Shown here one piece after another: positions 17,797 through 26,731 of a stretch of DNA of 64,000 nucleotides. A model generated the notes under the pieces. The model made no database searches and was not told the origin of the DNA. It was given only the letters and a program-made list of their open reading frames with translations. Position numbers and translations under genes: made by a program. Source of the DNA: a virus (lineage: Duplodnaviria; Caudoviricetes); the IMG/VR virus record IMGVR_UViG_3300029305_002366, positions 1 to 64,000 of that record; one strand, given 5' to 3'. Each line of letters opens with the position of its first letter. Positions within the stretch are counted from its first letter, which is position 1.

Positions 17797-19365
17797 TCAA
17801 CTTACAACAGCAGTCAGTGTTCCTAAACTTGGCTGATGAAGTCTTACTATCTTATAAGTCGTTGTATATCCACTTGCATTTGTAAATGAACGTGAAGCAA
17901 CAACAGTATCAACATCTGTGTCAAATCCATTTACCTTTACGCTTATAGACATTCCAGTAGGAATAGCCCAATAACAATACTGTCCTGTACCTGCGGTAAA
18001 GTTATATGAACCCTTTGCGTTTGTAGCAAGTTTACTTCCACTAAGTCCAAGAATCCATGCATCTGTATAATTGTCTTGGTCTGCACTTACACCCCAATAA
18101 ACCTTATTCATAAACTGGAATGAAATAGATTTAGTTGCTGTCTTTTCTCCATCACCACAAGTAAGAGTAAATGTCTTATTAGCAGAAATGTCATTAGCGT
18201 AAGTAGCTGTTCTTACTGTCTCATCAGCAAGTGTGCAATCTGTAAGTGTCTGACTTGTCATATCCTTGTTGTAAGTCCAGTTGAATACAACACCACCTGT
18301 AATGACAGCACCATTTTCATAAGTGAGAGTTGAAGGTGTAGATGTGAAAGAAGAAATCTGAGGGTCAACATAATACAGCTTTGCAAAGATAGCATCAAGT
18401 GCAAGGTCTACATTGGTATAAGTAGGGAAGTCTGTATTGGTATAAGTTACATTTTCTGCATCGTTACCAAGAGTTGACAATGGAGCGAGTATTATATCTC
18501 CGTTTTCGTCTGTAATAACTGCTTTGTTTGCATTGGTTGAACCCTGTGATGTACTTACCTTACCATCTATCTCTGTTTCAATAAGTGTCTGTAATGCTTT
18601 CATAGCGGCAAGGTCAGGCACTTTATTTGTAATAACTTCTTCACCAGTATATGTGCTTACTACATCAGTAGTCTTTGAAACATATTCTGAGAAATCTGTC
18701 GCACCTGCACTAACAATAGTTGTCCATTCTCCATCAATAAGAATAGACTGCATAAGTTTGTCACTATCTTCATAATAGAACCATATAGAATCAGCATCAA
18801 TTGTGTGACTTGTACCACCCTTGACATAAGTAATCTTATCTGTTGTACTGTCATAAGTAGGCATAGCATCACACTTAATTGCTTCATCTACATTAAGCAA
18901 AGCTATCTGTTCGTCAGTATAAGTATTTGCATCAGAAACTCCCTGTGCTACTTTACTATCAACAGAACCAGTAACAGTTGAATCACTATTGAGAGTTGCT
19001 ATATCTTCTTTATTCTGTTGTACCTGTGCTTTCTCTGTATCATCGTAATCATTGGTTGAAAGACCTTTACCAGTTTCCTTTTCAACGTACAGTTCTAAAA
19101 GAGTATTGATTTCTGACTTAGTGTAATAATTCAGAAGGTCAGCAGAACCACCGCTTAATACTCTCCACTTGCCTGTTTCATCATCAACTGTGTTTGCCTT
19201 ATTAAAGAGATAAGGTAATCCAGTTTCAACACACGTTGCTATAAAAAGGCTTGGTAAGTAGTTTTCGTTAAAGTCTTTCATATCAGCGAGAGTTTCAAAC
19301 ATATCTCTCTTGACATTAGGAGAAGATTTTCTAATGTCAAAGTTATCTAACATACTAACAGCCAT
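17797..19365 (-). CDS. tail fibre-associated structural protein
   Basis: KETGKGLSTNDY and YYTKSEI fibre motifs; Thr-rich Ig-like C-terminus. Confidence 0.65.
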   Translation of the reverse strand: MAVSMLDNFDIRKSSPNVKRDMFETLADMKDFNENYLPSLFIATCVETGLPYLFNKANTVDDETGKWRVLSGGSADLLNYYTKSEINTLLELYVEKETGKGLSTNDYDDTEKAQVQQNKEDIATLNSDSTVTGSVDSKVAQGVSDANTYTDEQIALLNVDEAIKCDAMPTYDSTTDKITYVKGGTSHTIDADSIWFYYEDSDKLMQSILIDGEWTTIVSAGATDFSEYVSKTTDVVSTYTGEEVITNKVPDLAAMKALQTLIETEIDGKVSTSQGSTNANKAVITDENGDIILAPLSTLGNDAENVTYTNTDFPTYTNVDLALDAIFAKLYYVDPQISSFTSTPSTLTYENGAVITGGVVFNWTYNKDMTSQTLTDCTLADETVRTATYANDISANKTFTLTCGDGEKTATKSISFQFMNKVYWGVSADQDNYTDAWILGLSGSKLATNAKGSYNFTAGTGQYCYWAIPTGMSISVKVNGFDTDVDTVVASRSFTNASGYTTTYKIVRLHQPSLGTLTAVVS

Positions 19366-19380
19366 TTATAAATCCCTCCT

Positions 19381-20406
19381 TTATCTAAACGAAATTTGAT
19401 TATTCTCTGATGCTGTAGGTTCGATTAATGTATAGCAATAATAAGTTATACCATCAACTGAAACCTCGGAGCGTTGAAAACTTTCCCAGTAGTTAATATT
19501 GTTGATTTCATCCTTGATACTTGTTAATGCACCAAATGACTTAGGATAAGCATAGAATACTTTACCCCAGTTAGTAGTAATTCCACTATAAGTATAAGTC
19601 TTTGTATCTTTCAGTGTATTTGAACCACTCTTAATTGTAGTCTCGTCAGGGTCACTTACACTTGCATCACAAATGCCATAATAAGATTTACCAACAAACT
19701 TAATTGTTACAGAAGAATTAGTTGATTGCTGTCCATCAGTTGTTGTTGCTTTAAATGTAACGTCTGACCTGATAGGTGTAGCAGGTGTATACTGATACTG
19801 GAAGTTACCACCATCAGCAACACCAGTTGTTACTTCATTAAGTAAAGTGTCACCTACATAGAATGACACCTTTGTAACAGGCTTGCTCTTTTTAGTTACT
19901 GCGCCTTTGAGAAGAATAGTAGATATACTATCGTTCACAATATCATACAACTTTGTAGCAGGTGTTGTGCTAAGTGATATAGTAGGTGGCTGATACTTTA
20001 CAAGTATATCTTTTATAATATTTTCAAGATTAGTTCCAGTAGGATATGTCTTACCACTTGTTACACTACCTATATTCTCTGTTGCTGTAATAGCACTTGT
20101 AGTTTTAGCCGTAACGGTTATTGCACCTGCATCAATAGTTGTTCCGTTTGAGAGTGTAAATATTAAATGTCCTGATGTATTAATAGTAGCATTGGTAACA
20201 GATATACCTTCACCGCCATTTCTTACAAGCATTGTACTTGTACGCTTTGTAACACCATCAGTTGCAGTCCATTCAAATGTAACAACATTTCCTTCGTCTG
20301 TTTCAACAATTGATTTTATTGTAGCACTTGCGCCCTTTAAAGCACCAAGCCCAATAAGACTTGCTTTAACATATGCCTGACACAATACGTATGTGCTTGC
20401 ATCCAT
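19381..20406 (-). CDS. tail-associated structural protein
   Basis: Thr-rich beta protein; C-terminus resembles that of 17797-19365. Confidence 0.6.
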   Translation of the reverse strand: MDASTYVLCQAYVKASLIGLGALKGASATIKSIVETDEGNVVTFEWTATDGVTKRTSTMLVRNGGEGISVTNATINTSGHLIFTLSNGTTIDAGAITVTAKTTSAITATENIGSVTSGKTYPTGTNLENIIKDILVKYQPPTISLSTTPATKLYDIVNDSISTILLKGAVTKKSKPVTKVSFYVGDTLLNEVTTGVADGGNFQYQYTPATPIRSDVTFKATTTDGQQSTNSSVTIKFVGKSYYGICDASVSDPDETTIKSGSNTLKDTKTYTYSGITTNWGKVFYAYPKSFGALTSIKDEINNINYWESFQRSEVSVDGITYYCYTLIEPTASENNQISFR

Positions 20407-20425
20407 AAATTAATCACTCCCTTTC

Positions 20426-20620
20426 TTACGTTGCTATCCAAGTATGAGTTTCCTCGTCAAAGAAATACGCATCACCAGTGTCCATTTCAATAAATATACT
20501 TCCGTTAATAACCTGTACACCATTTACAAAGTCAACAGGTTTTATATCACTTGACTTACCATAAAGTTCAAGAATACGACTGTTTGTATTCTGTCCTATT
20601 TTTGTCATTGTTACTGCCAT
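20426..20620 (-). CDS. small tail-associated protein
   Basis: GKSSDIKP...NGSIFIEMDTGDAYFFD motif typical of Firmicutes phage tail modules. Confidence 0.6.
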   Translation of the reverse strand: MAVTMTKIGQNTNSRILELYGKSSDIKPVDFVNGVQVINGSIFIEMDTGDAYFFDEETHTWIAT

Positions 20621-20635
20621 AATTATTCTCCTTTC

Positions 20636-21742
20636 TTAATTGTAATAGTTTATAATACATCTTGGGGGAAATGAAGTTTCTGAATAATGACAATCACTTG
20701 ATATTGTTGCCGCTGTCAAAGCAGTTTTGGCAAAACCATATTCACCAATCTCTGCGACAGTTGTAGGTATTACAATAGTTCTTAATTTTTTGCAATTACC
20801 AAAAGCACCTAATACATTTATTTCGTTACCCCCAAGAGTAGGATATCCTTGATTTTCTTCTGGCTTCATAGTCCACATAAAAAATGGCATAGGTTTAACC
20901 AATAAATCAAAGTCAAAAGCTTCAACATCTCTCTTATAAGGATATCCGTTATTCTTATCTGCTTTCATTTTCCAATCAAACTTTCTAAGATTAAAAGAAA
21001 CAGCATTACAAGGTTCGGGTTCTCTACCTCTTGAAGAATAAGTGTATGTCAATGCTCCTGATGACGAATAGCCTGTCCAAAATCGAGTATACTGCGTTTG
21101 TTGTGTTTGTATTATTAGTGCTCTAAATACACCTTCTTCTTCTGGTTTAAAGTTTTCTGCCATTATAATATTAAGGTCAATATGTGTTGATTCACCCGTT
21201 TCTAAATTATAGTTAAGGGTTTTTCTACTATTAGTAGTTGTTAAATCACCCCATATAACATAGTAGGGATAATTAGGGTCTGTTGGATAATCCCCACCTC
21301 TTACTACAATACCTACCCATGCATAGACTACATAATAATCCTCAAAAGGCAAGCCAATCTTGGTAGTTGAAGTTGGAGTAGCAGGTTCAAAATATGTGTT
21401 TTTGAAATTGTTTTGTTCTTCGGTAGTCATGGCGTTCCATTCTTCCGCTGTAGGTATTGTACATCCACTGTAGGTTTGACCTGCTGTAACTGTAGGAAGG
21501 TCTGTTCTTAATGTATCGTTGTATATTTCTAATATTCCACCGTATACCCAATCCTCTGTGGCATCTGAACCTGAGACTGGGGGTGTACTCTGATTAAATA
21601 CAATAATGTCAGTTCCCCTTGTGTAAATGGCTGAATTGGGTCTAACATAATGAGGGTTGCCATCTCGTTGTTCCCAAGCATCTTTGTTAGCAGAAAAACC
21701 GCTACCTAAAATATCCCAATACTTTTCATCAAAATTATACAT
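20636..21742 (-). CDS. tail protein with C-terminal BspA-type LRR fragment
   Basis: GAFGNCKKLRTIVIPTTVAEIGEYGFAKTAL. Confidence 0.65.
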   Translation of the reverse strand: MYNFDEKYWDILGSGFSANKDAWEQRDGNPHYVRPNSAIYTRGTDIIVFNQSTPPVSGSDATEDWVYGGILEIYNDTLRTDLPTVTAGQTYSGCTIPTAEEWNAMTTEEQNNFKNTYFEPATPTSTTKIGLPFEDYYVVYAWVGIVVRGGDYPTDPNYPYYVIWGDLTTTNSRKTLNYNLETGESTHIDLNIIMAENFKPEEEGVFRALIIQTQQTQYTRFWTGYSSSGALTYTYSSRGREPEPCNAVSFNLRKFDWKMKADKNNGYPYKRDVEAFDFDLLVKPMPFFMWTMKPEENQGYPTLGGNEINVLGAFGNCKKLRTIVIPTTVAEIGEYGFAKTALTAATISSDCHYSETSFPPRCIINYYN

Positions 21743-22647
21743 TACCCACCACTTCCTTCTTCGTTAGGAACTACAGGGAATATATCTTTTAGATAATCAT
21801 AGTCTTTTAACTGGCTGTCGGTAACTTCAATCATGGCAGATGTAGTACCACCTAATGTTATACCTTCGTCAACCTTATCACTATTTATCAAACACATAGT
21901 TGCACTACCACCTGCTGTTATGGTACATCCAGTATAATCTCCTGCAACAATGTTGGCATTTAAAATACTACATAAACTATTGCCGAAAGCAAAGGCAGGT
22001 TGATTGTTAGTCGAGGCTCTAAAAGTTCCTTCTATATAAGTATTAACAAAACTTCCACCATTATTAATCCATCTTCTATTAATATCAAAACGTACCCAAC
22101 AAGAATCGAATATTGGATAATGATGACTAACATAACCATTACCAGTAAACGTGTATTTAGTATTCCATACACAATCGAAAAAACGTGCTATATATGATAT
22201 GGGTTCATAATTGGAAATATTGGTTGTAAACACAACACCTTTAAATGTTGAATGTGCTATAAGCTTATTAGCACTTGTAGTACCACGACCACGTATAAAA
22301 GGTTGTGTACCTACATTAACATAGAAATTTACAAAATTAAAATTTGATACAGTATTGCAAGTGGTGGCAAGTTCTAAAACACTTGTATTACCTGTACGAA
22401 CATTTAGATTATATGCGTTTCTTATAATAATACCATTGCCATCAAATTCCTTACAGGCAAAATTAAGTAGTGGTTGTGCGCTTGAATAAGGTATTCCTTC
22501 TGGATATATCTTAGTTAAATCTATATCAACATTATCTGCCACAGTTACATATGCTTCTGTGTCAGCTATCTTTTCTATTAAACTATCCCAATCGTCTACT
22601 ACGTATGGGTCATCTTGTGTACCTGTACCTGTATATGCCATAATCAA
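21742..22647 (-). CDS. putative beta-helical tail/receptor-binding protein
   Basis: N-terminal GTGTQDDPYVV and FDGNG motifs. Confidence 0.55.
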   Translation of the reverse strand: MIMAYTGTGTQDDPYVVDDWDSLIEKIADTEAYVTVADNVDIDLTKIYPEGIPYSSAQPLLNFACKEFDGNGIIIRNAYNLNVRTGNTSVLELATTCNTVSNFNFVNFYVNVGTQPFIRGRGTTSANKLIAHSTFKGVVFTTNISNYEPISYIARFFDCVWNTKYTFTGNGYVSHHYPIFDSCWVRFDINRRWINNGGSFVNTYIEGTFRASTNNQPAFAFGNSLCSILNANIVAGDYTGCTITAGGSATMCLINSDKVDEGITLGGTTSAMIEVTDSQLKDYDYLKDIFPVVPNEEGSGG

Positions 22648-22653
22648 TCCTCC

Positions 22654-23490
22654 TTATCTTATAATAGTTACACCCTCTGGTATCTTTACTGCTTCGACCT
22701 TAGTATCATTAAAGGCTGTCAATTCTAATTCGTTAACAGGAACACCGTCAAGTGTAGTTGGAATTTCTGGACGTTTACTACTACCAATGTAATAAAGAAT
22801 CGTTCCACCTGTATAAATATAATCGTTCTCATTTGTGGGGTCAAATGCATTTGACTCATCTCTTAATCCCTGACCAAATACAAATCCGTAAATATCAGTA
22901 TAGTCACCACAACCCATTGCTTTAATTTCAACAACGTGTTTACCAACACTTGCTTCAAAGGGTAATAAAAAATTCTGTATATAACATTGGTTTTCGTTTA
23001 ATGTCATTTTAGGTTGAAACTCATGGAGTGTTTCATCCATGTAAATGTACAATGTATTAATGCCTGTTGTATTTCCAGTTACATTTGCATTAAAAGAGAT
23101 AAAGACATTCTGCTTTTGAACAGATTCCCATTCAATTTGACAAATAGTAAACTGAGTGTTTCCAACCACTCCTAACGAATTACTACCAACCACGTACTTA
23201 ATTTTATTTCGATTCGCACCCTCTGGTTTAAATAAAGAAGCCCCAATGTATGCGGTTCTTTCAGACAGCGTATTGCCTTTATAAAATAACTGAACGTTAT
23301 CACCAACGTCAAGTTCTGTTCCTGACCAGTTAGGGACAATAAGTTGTGTATCATTAGCTAATACGTTCACTACATACATACCATTAGATAATGGTTCTTT
23401 TACTTTTGCAGGAATAGCCATGAGGTAATCGCTATTCTGCATTTTTTTATCTACACTATGCTCTATTAATTCAATTAAAGCATCTGCCAA
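22654..23490 (-). CDS. tail/baseplate protein ending in the start of a BspA-type LRR
   Basis: C-terminal YIGSSKRPEIPTTLDGVPV...AFNDTKVEAVKIPEGVTII. Confidence 0.6.
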   Translation of the reverse strand: MADALIELIEHSVDKKMQNSDYLMAIPAKVKEPLSNGMYVVNVLANDTQLIVPNWSGTELDVGDNVQLFYKGNTLSERTAYIGASLFKPEGANRNKIKYVVGSNSLGVVGNTQFTICQIEWESVQKQNVFISFNANVTGNTTGINTLYIYMDETLHEFQPKMTLNENQCYIQNFLLPFEASVGKHVVEIKAMGCGDYTDIYGFVFGQGLRDESNAFDPTNENDYIYTGGTILYYIGSSKRPEIPTTLDGVPVNELELTAFNDTKVEAVKIPEGVTIIR

Positions 23491-24825
23491 TTACCCCACC
23501 CCCATTCCTTCAATATTAGTTTCTGATGGCAACCAATTTATATTAGTTGCTGAAATTTGCATAGCACCTGCGCCCAATGGTATTGTAATAGATTGTATTA
23601 CAAATAGTTCATTATTTATTTTTTGATATTCGTCTGTGATTCTGATTGTTTTATTTACGTCAAGATGCGGTATAATAGGACTATTAAAATTTAATGTAGC
23701 ACCTATCATTGTTTGTTTATGCAACAACATAACCGCATACTGCTGACACCTTGCAATCATATCACTTTCCGTGGTATCAATATAATCAATCTCCTGAGAT
23801 TCCATTCTTCTCAAACCTACTGCGCCTACTCTGATAGGAGATAATGGATTTACATTATATGCAGTATAAGACAAATTAGGTGCTTGAATATCTTCATCTT
23901 CAATTACTTTATCTGTATCATCAGATTGAGTTTTACTTTCTTCTTGTGCGTTAACAAGTGCTTGTGTATCGACACTTAGGTTTGTATAAACCGTAACCGC
24001 ATTTAGTCCATCAAAATTATACTGGCAATTTGCTTCTGACAAGTTAGTATATTCCCATTGAGGTGCTACGTATTTATAACCATCTACAAAGAATATATCT
24101 GTAAGTGCATTAAAGCGAAAATGACCATCGTTATCATAGTATATATCAGCACCATATCCATCACCCAATGATGTAAATATGTTACCAAGATAATTATTTG
24201 CATCTATCGAAATGTCTGCCTTTATCTTTTGTTCATTGTATCGCAAATCAATCAATGGTTGCACTGGGTCTATTGGCATATTTGCACCACCATAAGCAAT
24301 GCTATTTGACATTTTTATATTGTTACCAAGATTTAAAGCAAGCGTATCTCTTACTATATCGGCAATCGTACTACCTGCTTTAACAATATACTGAACCTCT
24401 GCGATATTAATTTTCAGCGTTCCGTCAAGCGCACCACCTTTATCAATGGCTTCTATTGAAACAGTATGTGCATTAGCTGTGGCACTGGTAATATAATATA
24501 CTCCCTGTGACCACCACCAAACGTTATCTTGATTATCTTGAATACCTATCCATAATTTAAACTTACGCAAGTACCATATAGGTGAATTTGGACTTGGTAA
24601 ATATTTATCTGGGATATTTGCCAATGTTAAACTACAGCTTCTACGAACAAGCTGTTTGTAGTTTATGTTTATTTGTCCTTGTGCATCAAGAGATAAGTCC
24701 TTGGTAATTTCTCCAATTGTATGTTCATGATAGGATAGTAATTCAAGACGAAGAAAGTACCTTGTGACCAGATTCCTTTTTAGGACAGTGAGATATTGTG
24801 AATTATTTTTATTAAAATATTCCAT
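23491..24825 (-). CDS. baseplate hub-like tail protein
   Basis: Second gene after tape measure; RRSCSLTL, IYYDNDGHFRF, PHLDVNKTI. Confidence 0.55.
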   Translation of the reverse strand: MEYFNKNNSQYLTVLKRNLVTRYFLRLELLSYHEHTIGEITKDLSLDAQGQININYKQLVRRSCSLTLANIPDKYLPSPNSPIWYLRKFKLWIGIQDNQDNVWWWSQGVYYITSATANAHTVSIEAIDKGGALDGTLKINIAEVQYIVKAGSTIADIVRDTLALNLGNNIKMSNSIAYGGANMPIDPVQPLIDLRYNEQKIKADISIDANNYLGNIFTSLGDGYGADIYYDNDGHFRFNALTDIFFVDGYKYVAPQWEYTNLSEANCQYNFDGLNAVTVYTNLSVDTQALVNAQEESKTQSDDTDKVIEDEDIQAPNLSYTAYNVNPLSPIRVGAVGLRRMESQEIDYIDTTESDMIARCQQYAVMLLHKQTMIGATLNFNSPIIPHLDVNKTIRITDEYQKINNELFVIQSITIPLGAGAMQISATNINWLPSETNIEGMGVG

Positions 24826-24855
24826 ATTATCACCCCGTTTCTATATCATAAGGGT

Positions 24856-26688
24856 CTAAATATCATTAGTGCTGTGCGGTTCGTAGTAAATTTCTATATC
24901 ATTTACATCACAACACTCAACCCAATCAAAGGTAAATGTTGTGGGAATTTCCTTTAAGTTTTCTTGATATGTTGTTGCAGGAGATTCCGTAATATTAACA
25001 ATCCATACATCACCCTTTTGAGACTTTAACATATAAATGCATGGTCTTGTAATAAAATCTCTCCATGCTCTTATAATATCAATATCATCCACATATTGTT
25101 TTGTAGTACAATTTACATATCCACTCATTGCAGACAATGTACCACTCATATATTTGGTGTTTGTGCGTGTAAGAGATGGATAAGTCCCATAATTAATGTG
25201 CAAATATTTGTCCATATTTTGAGTAACAGTTGTGTCCTGTATGTCACCAACAAATTTCCACTGGTCTCCAATATGATACCTTGGCTTAGTTCCCCATTGG
25301 TAATTATCTCCCATGAGTTTCAGTTCGGTAATGGTATAACCCCTCATGGTTACATCTATATCAGCATAACCAATAGCATCAAGATAAAATTTACCAGTAG
25401 TTCTATCTTGTGGAACAACATAGTATCTGAACTTACCCTTGGTTGGAACGGTTAAATCTATTTCATCATGAACTGTAACGACTTCACCTGTACGCATATT
25501 TACACGATATCGTCTGTAAAAGGTATCAGGGATAGGGTTGCCTGTGGATGAGTGCCATTTGGATTCAACTCCGTGTTTTACCATATTAGCCGTATCTTTA
25601 TAAAACGTGTCAGCTTTATCTTCGTCCCATAGTGCAAAATCCACTGTCGTTGTTATAGAGGTGGACAAACTGTCCATGTGTAAAATATTACTCTCGTTTT
25701 TAATGGTCATTCCGTCAACAGTAACTATTTTAATAATCGCTTTATAATATACATCAGTCCATACGTGAAATTCAACTGGTGCTATTGAGTGCGAGCCTAA
25801 CACAAAATCATCATAAAAATTAAATTCTATTTTTTGAGAATATATTTTTTCTGTCTCATCTATCTTTGTCCACGGTGTACCTGTTTCTGTTCTTGCATAA
25901 AGTAATTCTATACTATAATAGTTTATCAGCGAGTTCTGTTCCTGAGAGTAATTTCCGTCTACTTTGAAACCCCAATAAGTATTTGTAATATGGTCATACG
26001 ACAATTGAAGGTCAACAGTAGGTGTTTGTCTGCATTTAAAGAAATATAATGGACTTACCTTGTAATTACAATATATCTGATATTTTGTGCCAGCAGGTAT
26101 ATTACTTGGTAAAGCAGAAGATAAAACCGCCTTGCCTGTTGTTTCCTGATAGGCAACAATATGTCTCCTTTCTTCTCCTATAACAAGTTCACATGATGTG
26201 ACAACAACACCTGCCCACACAGAATTATTTCTCCATCCTTCTGATGTTGTTTGCTCCCATTCATATATCGAAGATATTTTATCTTCAATTGTAATTGTAG
26301 TATCGTCTGTTGTTAAATAGTTTTCTTGTGTCTGACCTCTTAAAACAAACATATCACATAATGGAGCAGTACCATCACTTTGCCATTGTAATACCATGAT
26401 TTGCATAGCATAATCCTTGCCATTGTCCAAGTCGTTTAAGAAACCATCTGCCATTTTTAACTCTTGTCCATTATAAACAATGGGTGTTCTTAATTGGTAA
26501 ACATGACCCTTTGTTAAAACCAATTCACCAGTATTGTAATCAAACACATGATATAATGCACCAGTTAAAATATCACCATTGAATTTAAACGAAATAGTAT
26601 TATTGGAATCAAGAACTGTTGAGTCAAAAGCAATGTTCTCAGGATATACATTTGTTGGATATTGTAACATTAATTCACCTACTTTCAT
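24856..26688 (-). CDS. distal tail-like protein
   Basis: Directly after tape measure; C-terminal LKSQKGDVWIV...FDWVE. Confidence 0.5.
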   Translation of the reverse strand: MKVGELMLQYPTNVYPENIAFDSTVLDSNNTISFKFNGDILTGALYHVFDYNTGELVLTKGHVYQLRTPIVYNGQELKMADGFLNDLDNGKDYAMQIMVLQWQSDGTAPLCDMFVLRGQTQENYLTTDDTTITIEDKISSIYEWEQTTSEGWRNNSVWAGVVVTSCELVIGEERRHIVAYQETTGKAVLSSALPSNIPAGTKYQIYCNYKVSPLYFFKCRQTPTVDLQLSYDHITNTYWGFKVDGNYSQEQNSLINYYSIELLYARTETGTPWTKIDETEKIYSQKIEFNFYDDFVLGSHSIAPVEFHVWTDVYYKAIIKIVTVDGMTIKNESNILHMDSLSTSITTTVDFALWDEDKADTFYKDTANMVKHGVESKWHSSTGNPIPDTFYRRYRVNMRTGEVVTVHDEIDLTVPTKGKFRYYVVPQDRTTGKFYLDAIGYADIDVTMRGYTITELKLMGDNYQWGTKPRYHIGDQWKFVGDIQDTTVTQNMDKYLHINYGTYPSLTRTNTKYMSGTLSAMSGYVNCTTKQYVDDIDIIRAWRDFITRPCIYMLKSQKGDVWIVNITESPATTYQENLKEIPTTFTFDWVECCDVNDIEIYYEPHSTNDI

Positions 26689-26731
26689 AAATAATAATTC
26701 TCCCCTACTTTATTGTAGGGGAGTGTATAAA

